A stretch of 64,000 nt of DNA, from assembly GCA_963693365.1 (NCBI GenBank), contig CAVNZM010000007.1:7003962-7067961 (forward strand), written 5' to 3'. How positions within the stretch are numbered: position 1 is the first letter of the stretch; every line of letters begins with the position of its first letter. The position numbers and the translations under genes are program-made. Below the pieces are notes generated by a model. It was not told where the DNA came from and searched no databases. It saw only the letters and a program-made list of their open reading frames with translations. This DNA is from Amoebidium appalachense. Lineage: Eukaryota > Protista > Ichthyosporea. This document shows, in pieces, positions 45,498-57,972 of the stretch.

Positions 45498-46346
45498 AGT
45501 CTCTCTCTCTCTCTCTCTTTCTCTCCCCCTCTCCCCGAGGCTGTTTTTTTTTTTTTTTTTTTTTTTTGGGGGGGGGGGGGGAGAATGAGCACCGCTGTAT
45601 TCCATGTAATTTGATGTTCACCTGTGGTTTATTTCTCACAGAACACGGTTAGTGACATACCTGACTCTGCACCAAGGCTAGTGCAAAAACTAGTTATGAC
45701 GACGTGAGTCACTGAGATCACTTTATGTGAATCCGAGGCTCTAGAGTGACATGGGAGTCTGATTCACGTGAGTCAGTCTTCAGGGAAAAGCTGAAGCAGA
45801 GTACACAAACAGACAGTTCCCCAAATTTTATATCCAATATTTCAAAGTTATGGGGGCCGCCAGTACCCCCTTATAAAAATATCGGTACTAGCCACAACCA
45901 TGGCATTTCTCGAAAAAACTGCATGATTCACATACATAAAGAGGCGAATCCTCAATCGTACGTAACTATCATTCACCTGGATCCGCAAGCACACAATGTC
46001 ATCCTCTGACCTAACCCGTGCGCACGCCGTCTCCACTCTCACACATCCGTGTGTATGCCATTACACGGTGCGGCACCATTTGTACGCTGATATATATATA
46101 CCGGATTCCAGTCCCTTACAAAATGTATGATGCTTTACGTGGTTACTAACTGGGTGCAGCTGTATATTTTTCACTATCCTACCATTGTTTTATTGGTAAG
46201 AATTACTAGATGACATATGGCAAATGCCAGTAGGCGCAAAGGAAATGTGGTCGGTCCGAGACTGAGGGGTGTATGTACAGTATACGTATCATGTAGTGAT
46301 TACCATAGGTGATGTTGCCTCTGATAAATATCTTTGCCTCCCTCCA

Positions 46347-46401
<55 letters not shown>

Positions 46402-46916
46402 TCCAACAAACAGGTTTGTACAAGCAATCTCAGTGCTTGATTTTGCCCCTATTTTTTATTTTTATTATTTTTATTTTATTTTTTATTTATTTTTTATTTT
46501 ATTTTTTGCGGCGGCGGTGCCGGCGGCGACGGCGGCGGCAAAAAGGGGAGGTGGGGGGTGGGGTGGAGGTGGGGGGGGGGGGGGGGGGGGTCGACTAGTA
46601 CTAATATTAGATTATAACGAGAAGTTGTCTCCACAGAAACAGACTCAGTCCCTCCTCCGGATCCCCCTCCCCCCCCCCCCCTCCCCCCCCCCCGGTCCCT
46701 TTTTGATGACTTGGATCCCATGTTAGAATGGACTTTGCTTATGATGCATACTCTGTGTGTGCGGTTTGCACACTCGACTTCGTACTCCGTAACACATTTA
46801 AGATCCCCCCCCCCCCCCCCCCCCCCCCTTCCTTCCAACACAAATCATTAGAAAGAGAGACACACAGTTCACGTAGCAGTGCAGAGAACTGATGGTATTG
46901 ACACGTACTAATATAG

Positions 46917-46954
<38 letters not shown>

Positions 46955-47027
46955 ACACACACACACACATTTACCCCCTACCCTCACCCTGCAGATTCAC
47001 ATCCCCACTACGCGCGGGGCGGGCGCG

Positions 47028-47091
<64 letters not shown>

Positions 47092-47195
47092 CACACGCAC
47101 ATCCGCATCCCAACCTGCATCCACACACCCATAAACCCACACAGACACACACACACACGTGCACGCACACACACACGTACACACACATACACCAG

Positions 47196-47818
47196 CTACG
47201 CCATCTCTCTCATGTGTGAGCTGTTTGCCTGTGCTCTCAGGGGCCAATGCCAACGGCCAGGACCCACCAGGCCATCCCTCTGCATGGTGGAACAGCATGT
47301 TCTCAATCATCATCGATCCTAAAGTCGTACGTGCCCCCCCCCCCCCCCCCCTCCCTCCCCCCTCCTTCTCCCCCTGTACCATTCCTCACCCGCTACCCCC
47401 CCCCCCCCCCTCCCTCCCTCCTCACCTTCTCCTGCACGCTCCCTTTCCTCCTCAGCTCTTGACCTTAATCAGATTCCCTTTTACGTCCATAAATGACTGT
47501 GACTCAGCTATGTAATGTATACCTCCTCCCCTCCCCCTCCCAACCCCCCCATCCCTCCCTCATCCCCCTTTCCCCAGGTCGACCTTCAGAAAAAAATGTA
47601 TCTATTTAGGGCCTCCCCTCCCTCCCACTTCCTCTCCCCCTCTCCATTGTCCCCCCCTGCTGTTATTTGTATTCCATTCACTGGTGGCTTGCTCAACACT
47701 AGCCATCCTCCTTGCCTTGGTTTGATTTGTGTTGGGAATGTCTAGCAAAAGCGGTGGTTTCAAATCGGGTAGTGGAAAAGAAAAAGGGACTTTTTTTTTT
47801 TTTTTTTTTTTTTAAGGG

Positions 47819-47867
<49 letters not shown>

Positions 47868-48177
47868 CTTTCCAAAGGAGACGACGTGATGGGCCTACAA
47901 TTTTTGGAACGAGAGTGTGGGTTGGTTGCAGGTGAATGGGGAGGCAGAGAGGGAGGGAGGGGAAAGGGGGAAAGGGAACAGGGGGACAGGAGGGCCGGGG
48001 GGAGGGGGGAGGGGGGGGGAGGGGGGGAGGGGTTGTACATGTGCTTTGTTCAGGTGTTTATTCATTTTCCGCACGGTCTTTTGCCCATACAGCTGCTGCC
48101 GTATGGTTTGGTGCCCGGGAGGGACTCCAAGAATCATGTGGCCCAACAGATTGCTCACATAGCATCGGTATCGCTTC

Positions 48178-48210
<33 letters not shown>

Positions 48211-48879
48211 ACCCACCCACCCACCCACACACACACACACCACCACCACCACCACCACCACTACCACCACCACCGCTTCTCCCCCACAGTAATAACAAAC
48301 GGGCACACTCTATTTCTTCTGAAAGAAAAGGCCTTTGTATCTCGCTTCTCTCTCTCTCTTTTCTCCTTCTCCCTCTCGCCCTCTCTATCTCCCTCCCTCC
48401 TCTCTCTCTTTCTCTCTATCCTTTCCCATCCCTTTCCCAACTCCCCCCCCCCCCCTCCCCCCCCCGGCCCACACACACACACACACAACCCCACCCCACC
48501 CCCTCCCTTTTTCTCTCCCCACTTTCCACCTCAATCCTTCCCTCTCCCTCCTATCTCTCTCTCCCTTTCCCTTGCTAGTGCTTTCATGCAAAAAAGCCGT
48601 GAAGAAGGTGCAGAAACACCCAAAGCAGAGAAAAAGCAAGAAGAGGATGGACTAGACCATGAAGGACCCGTTTGGTTTGCAATATGCACATTTGATAAAC
48701 AAATGAATTGGTACAGCTTCTCCTTCTCGGCAGATAGCCAAGAACGGTGTTCCTCGGCTGCCTGATTCTGCACTAAAAGTCTTTCATCAAATCCTTGCTG
48801 GGCTATAGTGCTTTACACGTGCACGCACCGCAGCCTGACAAACCACGTACATACATACACAAACGCACACACGCAAAGT

Positions 48880-48939
<60 letters not shown>

Positions 48940-49410
48940 TCGTTTGCAACTCTCACACACGCACACATGTCACACACGCAGGCACACACACATACGCACA
49001 CACACCCACACACATTCATGCACACAGACATGTCAAGCATGCACACCCGGCACATGCACGCCTGGCTTCCACACAGACACGTATACACAACTCTTCCGCC
49101 CTTTCCCCTCCCCCTCCCCCTACCCCCCCTTCCCCCCCCCCCCCCCCACACACACACACAAACACGCGCGCATAAATGCACACGCGTGTGCATAGACGCG
49201 CGCGCGCACACACGCACACACACACACACACATACAGTGGGTGAAAGGCAGCACCCCCATTACAGCGAACGACATAATGCTCCCGTATGAGCCCGAACTG
49301 CGCACGCTCCAAGAAAGGCAAGGGCCATCCGGCATCCCATAGGATGATGGCACCTGGCACGAGCTGACTGCCGTCGCCCAATCAGTGGGCCGCCTGGCCC
49401 AACGAGCGAT
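47196..49410 (+). pseudogene. 3' half of an Ldh_2-family gene on the opposite strand; exons 47196-47326, 48093-48167, 49238-~49410
   Basis: Spliced translation: [43 protein letters not shown]|LLPYGLVPGRDSKNHVAQQIAHIAS|WVKGSTPITANDIMLPYEPELRTLQERQGPSGIP*DDGTWHELTAVAQSVG. This matches the Ldh_2 C-terminus (GYAL..MCE.L...LSG, N.M..IIIDP, WVKAS, I.LPGE.E, GIP.D..TW). Both junctions are phase-0 GT-AG. There is a frameshift near 47230 and a TAG at 49340-49342. Confidence 0.85.
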
Positions 49411-49473
49411 TGTTGATTGGCCGATAATCTTTCGTGCTCTTTTTTTCAATCTCAAAACGATATATCCCTCCCC

Positions 49474-49504
<31 letters not shown>

Positions 49505-49614
49505 ACCTTGCCTTTCCTCTGTTGTCCTCATGTTAAAGCCAGTGCAGTACCCTTGCTAGCTGAGTTCCGTTGACTGTTTATTGCCTCTATTTTGTTTTGA
49601 TCGTTTACTGGTTT

Positions 49615-49648
<34 letters not shown>

Positions 49649-50328
49649 TTTGCCCGGCTGAGGCCGCCAAAGTAACGCACACATGCTTACATGCGTGCAG
49701 ACAGGTACTCACATACCCACTCGCCCGCCATCGTTTTCACCACCCACCCGAGCGGAGCACCCAATCAAGCGACTTGCTTATGAGCGCCTGTTCAGATTAC
49801 TCTCTAAGATAATCAATTTGAAGAATCATTTGAATGAAAAAATGCAACTGGAAATTGTTGGACACTGTCCGATTGATGTTATAGTTTGGTAATTTGCAGC
49901 TCGTCTTGCATGTACGGGATGGCCTTTGATGAATATGCCTTAGAGCTGTGCTCTGAAGGACTCAAAAGAAAAATAAAGATTATATGGTAACAAGAGTGTT
50001 CGAAATTTCACAACTGAAAGTATAAAAGTCAGGGGGAAAACTACGAGTACATAAAAGCCAAGGAGTTAGGCTAGCGTATAAAGAACATGGTTGTTATAGT
50101 TAAACATGATGGTTGTGGTGGGTATCATAGTTGTAACCCCAAATACAATGTGCACAAATCGTCGAAATATATAAGAAAAGGATTGGGTGCATAATCAGCA
50201 AAACGTTAGAGTTACGGCAAAAATATTTTGATTGCCTCCCCCTCCCCCGCCCCCACTTCCCCCCCCCTCCCCCCCCCCCCCCCCCCTTGTGTGTGTGTAG
50301 TTTCACATGATGTGTGTGTGTGTAGTGT

Positions 50329-50458
<130 letters not shown>

Positions 50459-51193
50459 TTGTAAGGTGTGTATGAATGCTTCTGTGCATGTGTGTGTATC
50501 CATATGTAGAGAGAGTGTGAGTGTGTGAGTGTGAGTGAGTAAGTACGTGTCATACACACACACTGTGTGTGTGTGTGTGTCGGGGAAGAGGGAGGGGGAG
50601 GTGAATGAGGGGAGGAAGGGAGGGGGGGGGGGGGGAGGGGGAGGGGGGAGGGAGGGTGTTGCTGCCCGGCCTTAAACGTAGTTGTTGTAATGGTGGTGGT
50701 TGGAGTGAAAGATATGTGCATGCCCGTTTGCCGCCCCCCCCCCCCCCCCCCCCCCCCCCCCACCCACCCCACCCCACCCTTACCCCCCCCCCACACCCTC
50801 CCCCTCATCCTTCCCTTCGGCCCTCATCAAAACCTATATGCATTTAAATCATCGTTCATACTATCCAACCTCCAGCCCCCCCCCCCCCAAAAAAAAAACA
50901 AAAACAAAAAAAACAAAACAAAAAAACCACCCCCTCCACCTCCCATTCCCTTCCGTCCATCCTCCCCTCCTTCCCCCCTCCCCCCCTCCCCCGGCCGCTG
51001 CCCCCCTCCCCCTACCTCTCCTTCCCCTTATCAACTCCTTATCTAAAAGGAAAAGAAAAGAAAAGGAAGTGAAAAAATGCCGCTAGTGCGAACCTCACAG
51101 ACTAAATCCGGGCAGGTGCGGGGACTGGCTAGACTTATAGTCCAAATGAGACGTGGGGGGAAAGGGGGGGGGGGGGGGGGGGGGGGGGAGGGG

Positions 51194-51260
<67 letters not shown>

Positions 51261-51380
51261 CATTGAAGGAAGTCAGGTAGAAGGGGCATAGAAATACTGT
51301 AAAAGGGAGTTACAAAGAGTGTAGAACGTGGTGAAGGTGGACTCGAGGGATGGGTGGGTGGGGGAGGGGGTAGGGATGAT

Positions 51381-51411
<31 letters not shown>

Positions 51412-51452
51412 GGGGGGGGGGGAGAGGGAGGGGGGGAGGGAAGGAGTGAATT

Positions 51453-53032
51453 AAAAAGCGATTTTGCTTGTGGCCATGTCACAGATGATTGGTGGGTTTC
51501 CAGGAAAAGCGATACAAAGCGGGTTGGTGCCTCGATGGGCCTCAGCACCCCCATATGCTGCCACCTGCAAATTCATTTATTTCAATCATTTACATTTATT
51601 ATTTACGGTATTTATTATTTATTCATTAACTTGCAAGCGCTTGTTGGTAAACCCATGTCAAGTTATTTATGACTAGCACCTATTGGTAATGTCAGTAATA
51701 AATAATTGTGTGTGCTTTGGGGGAGAGACGAATGCGTAAAACAAGGCAGAGGTATGCGTCAAAATCATGCAGGTGCTTGTGCAGGTGTTAAGTGTGTGAT
51801 GTGGTGGTGGCGTAGGCTTAATCAGTGGCGGCATGTCTGGTGGTGTTGCGGGGTCGTGGGGTGTTGTGTGTGTGTATATGTGTGCTCGTGCGCATGTGCA
51901 TGTGCGTGCATGTGTGTATGTGTATGTGTGTGCGCGCGTGGGAGTATTTGTTGTATCTATGTTTGGTTCGATGTGTGTGCTGACGGGGTGGGAGGGGGGG
52001 GGGGGGGAGGGGGGGACGGGGGCAGGGTGGGGGGAAGAGGAATAAGTGAATGGGACAGATGTGAGGACAAGAAATCGACACTCTGTGTTGTGTCAACAGT
52101 TCCCTTGACCTTACGAATATCAACTCTGTCAACTATACCCATGCACAGTAAGTAGCAGTAATGCAGCCAGTAAACACTCTGCTCACACATCCTTATACAG
52201 CAGAGTCCTGCAGACGGCCGCATGGGGTAGATACACTAATCTGTAAACTCATGGAAAAATTGGGGGCCGGGGGGGGAGGGGGGAGGGGGGGGGGGGGGGG
52301 TCTGGTTTTATTTTATTAAAAAAAAAGGATTCTATTGGTGGAAGCTTGGGGGGGATGGGGGAGGGGGGGGGGGGGGGGGGAGGGATGGGCTGTGTTTCTT
52401 CATTTTTTATGATTCATTGATTGGTGGAAGGCCAGGAGGGGGAGGGGGGGAGGGGGGGAGGAGCCACCTGTGCACCAGGTTTAACATTGACCAAATGGAT
52501 AGAAGCCAAACCAGCAGAGGTGCACTGTTCGGCCCAATGTCCTGGGGGAGGGGGGGGGGAGGGGGGTGTTAGATTAGTTGGTGGGCAACATGGAAGAAAA
52601 GAGACCAGGAAAAACACAAAAGGTAAAATATTACAAAAATAAAAAAGAGAGAGTAGGAACAATACAAGGATAAAACTTACAAAAGAAGAGAGGAAAAACA
52701 CAAAGATAAAAATTCAAAAGAAAAGAAAGTAAGAAAACACAAAGATAAAAATTACAAAAGAAAAGAGACTAGGAAAAACACAAAGATAAAAATTACAAAA
52801 GAAGATGTTAGAGCATTCCTCTCCTCCCTCCCCTCCCACTTCCTCTCCCTCCAAAATAAATATTCACACTGACACATATCCAGGGTATCTCCACACAACT
52901 CTCTAATGTAAGTTTGTATGTCGTCTGTGTGTGTGTTGTATGTTTGTGCGGGCGTATTTGGGGTATGGGGGAGAGGGGGGGGGGGGGGGGGGGGGAGGGC
53001 GTATGCCATGGTGTCTTCGTGTTCTTCCACAA

Positions 53033-53127
<95 letters not shown>

Positions 53128-55348
53128 CGCATGGTGTACTTGCTATGTGTTATGTTTATTGTAACACACAAGTGTGCCATAGGTGTGCATGCACGTGTCT
53201 CCACCATCTCCAAACAAAAGCACACATTTTCCAGCACGCACCTATGCGCCCGATATGGAAGGAGTCCCTAAGTGCCACGGTAGCCAATCCAAATCCACCT
53301 CTAACTTTTGCTATGCCCAGATCCATAGCCTCTGTATGGCCACAAAAATACGTCAGTATGCTCGATTACGATTGGATGGTTTGCAACACGTATTAAAACG
53401 TCTTCTTTTCATGGATCATTCCCCCTCACTACCACCGCCATCACCCCCCCCCCCCCCCCCCCCCCCCCCCCACACACACACAAAAAAAAAAAAAGGAAAA
53501 AAAAGAAATTGGACTTATTAGGCTTGCTCTGTTTTATTTTCAGCTTACTTTCAATGAACCTTACTTCTTTCTCCTCGTCCTCTTTTTCTTCGTTTAATTC
53601 CTGTTCTTCATCATTTCGTCATTTCGTTTTTCTTTTTTTTTTCTTTTTGATTTCTTTCTTTCTTTCTTTTTTTTTTCTTTTTCTTTTTTCTTTCTTTCTT
53701 TCTTTCTTTTTTTTTTTTTTTTGGGGGGGGGAGGGGGGGGAGGAGGGAGGAAGGGGGTGCATCCTCACGCGTAAGCGGGGACGGGAAATCTCCCCTCAGT
53801 CAACTCAGGCCCCAACCAACAGTTAACACACCCTCATTGGCCTTATAATCGCAGTATATATATATCCTCCTTCAATCCTCTTCCCGCCCGCCCCTCCCCC
53901 CACCTCACGCGGTTCTCCAGACCCCATGTGCCCGTACCAGTTTCAAGCACAATCCCCATCCCGCAATCCCCCCCCCCCCCCCCCCCCTCCCTCCCCCCCC
54001 TTCCCCCTTCCCCTTCTCCCAATCCCCGTTTTGAAAGAACTACCTCCCCCCCACCCCCCCCCCCTCCCCCCCCCCCGGTCCTCCTTTCTCCCTATATTTC
54101 CCTTCCTCGTAGGGGTAGCCAAAAATGAGAGTTGTCTCCTCCTCTCCTCTTTTGCATATGTATACGACCGGCAGATATCATAAAAATACGGCAGGCAGAA
54201 AATCTCGATACTGCCTCGGTCAGTGTGGGAAACCAAGGCAATAGGAATAAAACATCAAGTAGAAGAGCTTTAACGGGGGAAAGACACGGGGGCCCCCTAG
54301 AAGGGGGGGGGGGGGGGCAGGCATGAGAGCGAGGGATGGGGATCCAGGAAAGCGGGATTAGGGAAAAGGGGAAGGGGGGAGAGGGCAGGGGGAGGAAGGG
54401 GGGCAGGGGGGGGGGGGGGGGAGGGGGGTAAGGAGAGTAAGGGCTGGAAGGGAAAGAGGAGCAATGAAAAAAGGAAAGGAAGGGAAGGAAAGGGGCGGAC
54501 GGGGGGAGGGAGGGAAGGGGTGGGGTGGGGGGGGGGGGGGGGGGGGAAGGTTGGAGAGCGAGGGTTGGAGAAAAAAGGAGGTTAAATAAAATGGGAGGGC
54601 AATGGTGGATGGGGTTGGAAGGCGGCGGGGGGAGGGGGGAGAGGGGGGAGTTACCCTTTGCAGCGACCTGGCCAAAAGCATGGTTGCCATCCACAACCAA
54701 TGATATGGGCGTATCATAGGCCACCGTGGCATGCCCATTTATGGTATGGGTACCCTCACGCTACGCCTTAACATAGCGCGGAAGCATGCCTATCCTGGTC
54801 AGTTTTAAGGTGAGATTTGGTGTTACGGAGAGCGACGAAATTTCCGTGAAATTTTATAACCCTCTCACTCATTCGACATTTTAATGGGATGCCCCAATAG
54901 TAGTTTAAAGGTTTTGGTCATGGAATATACACGTGAAAAGGGAATGGAGTGCTATAGAAAAATAAATGTTGATGAAAACAGAGACGGGATAAGAAGGGAA
55001 TTAAAAGTGATGTTTGTTCTTTGTGTGGAGACTCCTGCCCTCGGGGGCAAGATACGGGAAGGGTTGGCATTAATAGGTAGGAAATGCCTGGTGGGACAGA
55101 GAGTGAGGGGGGGAGTGAGGGGGGGGGGAGAAACGGTGGCGGAAAGGAAAAGAAGGACTTGGGAGGGGGGGAAAGGGGGGGGAAAGAGGGGGCACCAGGT
55201 TGGGAAAATGAGAAAGAATAGACCGACCATAAAAAGAGGATTATCGAGGCAGTATTGCACACAGAGAGCAGTATGGGTGCTTGTGAGGTGCAGGGAGAAG
55301 AAAAAACGGGCCCCACAGGGATCGAGGGGGGTGGGTGGGTGGGTGGGT

Positions 55349-55381
<33 letters not shown>

Positions 55382-55606
55382 GGGGGGCATGCAGAACCTC
55401 TGGGTCATATCTTCTATGGTACAATAGACATATGACCATTGTATTGCAAAGCGGATCCGGGGGTTGTTGGGGGGAGGGAGGGAGTGGAGGGAGAGAGTGG
55501 GGGGAAGCGGCGGAAAGAGTGGACAGAAAAGTGGCGAGGTGCTGATGTTTGGTGGGGCATATTTTGTTGCTGGCAGAAAGGGAGGTGTGCCCCGGGGAGG
55601 AGGGAG

Positions 55607-55640
<34 letters not shown>

Positions 55641-56010
55641 GGGGGGGGGGGGGGAGGGGGGGAAGGGAGGGGGATTAGTGTACAGGCCAAGGAGTGGGAT
55701 GGGTAGGAGAGAGATGTTGTTAGGAAATGTGTATGCGGAGATCGTAGTCACAAGGATTTTGAGGCGGAGGGAGGAAGGGAGAGAGGGAAACCTGCCGGGT
55801 GGACAAGTGAGTCGTGAGGAGAAAGGCCGGGGGGAGAGGGTGGGGGGGGGGGGGGGGGGGGGGGGGGGAGGGGGGGGGGGGGGGGGTTCACCCGTGACCA
55901 GTCAGGTTTGCACGAACCAAATGGTCCGCTACAAGTGTGGCCTCTTCTTTGCTGCTGCCCATAGCCTCCACCACACCAACACAGAAGCGGTGCAGTGCTG
56001 GAGCACTAAT
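51453..56010 (-). pseudogene. 5' half of an Ldh_2-family (malate/L-lactate dehydrogenase type 2, YbiC/HcxB-like) gene; exons 55892-56010, 54655-54794, 53242-53331, 52468-52541, 51453-51564
   Basis: Spliced translation: ISAPALHRFCVGVVEAMGSSKEEATLVADHLVRANLTGHGIGMLPRYVKA*REG..NGHATVAYDTPISLVVDGNHAFGQVAAKEAMDLGIAKVRGGFGLATVALRDSFHIGRIGHWAEQCTSAGLASIHLVNVKPGAQVAAYGGAEAHRGTNPLCIAFPGNPPIICDMATSKIAF. This matches Ldh_2 motifs (ADHL..ANL.GH, DG..AFGQV, HIGRIG.WAEQ, GTNP, D.ATS..A). Intron phases are consistent. It has an in-frame TAG and a frameshift in the 54655-54794 exon and ends without a splice donor. Confidence 0.88.
52605..52805. repeat. A-rich minisatellite (AGGAAAAACACAAAGATAAAAATTACAAAAG-like, ~5 degenerate copies) in an Ldh_2 intron
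   Basis: The motif is visibly repeated at ~52607, 52691, 52731 and 52771. Confidence 0.8.
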
Positions 56011-56036
56011 CTGATGGTAGGTAACTGTGTGGATGT

Positions 56037-56470
56037 GTGGGCCAAGGTGAGGACGTATAAAACTAGGTATACTATTAACCCCTTAAACCGTGTTGTGCTT
56101 TTCAGTGAATTCCGAGTTTCAAAACTTCGTGTGAGAACGGAAGATTACAATAGGTCTTGCAGGTATTTACTTTCTATCTCATATGGCTGCATATAACGAG
56201 CTCGAGTGTGATGACAAAATGTGTTAGGGTGGCACGTTGTCCACACACAGACGTGGGCCAAGGTGAGGACGTATAAAACCAGGTATACTATTAACCCCTT
56301 AAACCGTGTTGTGCTTTTCAGTGAATTCCGAGTTTCAAAACTTCGTGTGAGAACGGAAGATTACGTTAGGTCATGCAGGTATTTACTTTCTATCTCATAT
56401 GGCTGCATATAACGAGCTCGAGTGTGATGACAAAATGTGTTAGGGTGGCACGTTGTCCACACACAGACGT
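56037..56470. repeat. Tandem duplication, 216-bp unit x2, near identical
   Basis: GTGGGCCAAGGTGAGGACGTATAAAAC starts at 56037 and 56253, with only a few substitutions between copies. Confidence 0.95.
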
Positions 56471-57972
56471 AGTTCTACGTGGTGTTTGTAGGTGCTTGTC
56501 CTGGGTTCCGCAGAGTGGTGTTTTGCATCATCGTAGGCATATTATGGTGTAAGGGGCTTGTCATTGAGGTTTTAAAAAAAAACAGGATTACTCCTTACCA
56601 TGTTTCGGTGTTTTAGTCCTATGGCACAAGAACGGCTATTCGTAGCCATATTTGGTAGCTTGGCAACTCACAGAAATGTGCTACAGTGAAATCCGATTGG
56701 CTCGTTTGCTCCAAAACATTGGGCAAGCAAAACTTTTTGTCATCCATATGGCATGTCTCAGCTAACCGTTGACAGTGTAGGGAGAAGTGTACAGTACATT
56801 AGGGCTATGAATGTACACTGGGCTGTCAGTCTGTGCCAGACCCTCCCGCCAATTTGTATTTTCAATATATTATGCAGCAGTAAATGCATGCGCTTTTGTT
56901 TTGGTGTGTTGAGCTTTATCTACTGGCTGTGAATGGTGCGCCTGGATCAGGCTGGATGTCGGATGTAACTACAAAAAGATATGACACTCAAGCTTGGATC
57001 TCCCAAAACTTTGTGAGGGGGCGTAAATGTAGTCACTGTACATGCGTGGTTGTCGCCAACTTCCGGGAATCTGAGACACCGTTTCCATTTATGTGTAGCT
57101 AGTAATTATGGATAATGCAGTCTCGCTAATACCATAATCTCCTTTAGATGTTTGGAATAATCGACTTTCATTTTACACAAGACATCGTGCATACAGTCTA
57201 TAGCTAATTAGGTGTGTACATGCAGATATATGTGTAACGGAATTTCACTGCTTGGCCTAAATCTAGAAACTGGCCATGGAAAAAAAACTTCATAAAGCTT
57301 ATAATTTGACTGGGTGTTTCAAACGATAGGGATGTAAGTATGCACGGCATACTTACAATAACAAAAACTTCACGAGTCACCAGTATGTAGCAAGTGCAGA
57401 CTAATACCTGAACCCTGTGAAAATCATCATGCATATGTACGATATATTTTTATTTTTATTTTTATAATGACTTTATTGATATGCTCATGAAAAGAGAAGC
57501 AAGCCAGAGATACCACAGATATCTCAGAGAAGAAAATACAAAAACCCCTATTCACGGATAAGGAGGAGATAACGACTCAAATAATCATACACATATTCAA
57601 ACTGACGACGAATACGCAGTTCCTGCCAATGTAGCAGACATTCGAAGGTAGAGAGGGAAAACTTATTCAAGAGGTTTGGGGGATCCCTCACCTGCATAGT
57701 TTACCCAATCAGATGATCTTTTCACACAAAACTTGTAAACTGGAATCTGGGATGGAATGTAGCCGTAGGTATATAAACGATCCTGTACTCCCACTTTGTC
57801 CCAGAACACCGCTCCGGTCCATGTTGTACACATCCGATCGTCGACGTCGCCGGAACTTTGTGTCAATTTGAAGAGCAACATAATACATCGTTTTTCCTCG
57901 CATTAGGCTATTCCTATAAACAAACTAATTACATTGATTATTCTCACAAAGCCTACAATATAAATAAACAAA

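Noticed and set aside
49725-49795. - strand ALISKSLDWVLRS as the Ldh_2 WVKAS exon (scrambled exon order)
   Set aside because: The better match WVKGSTP is in frame at the start of the + strand exon at 49238, so no scrambling is needed.
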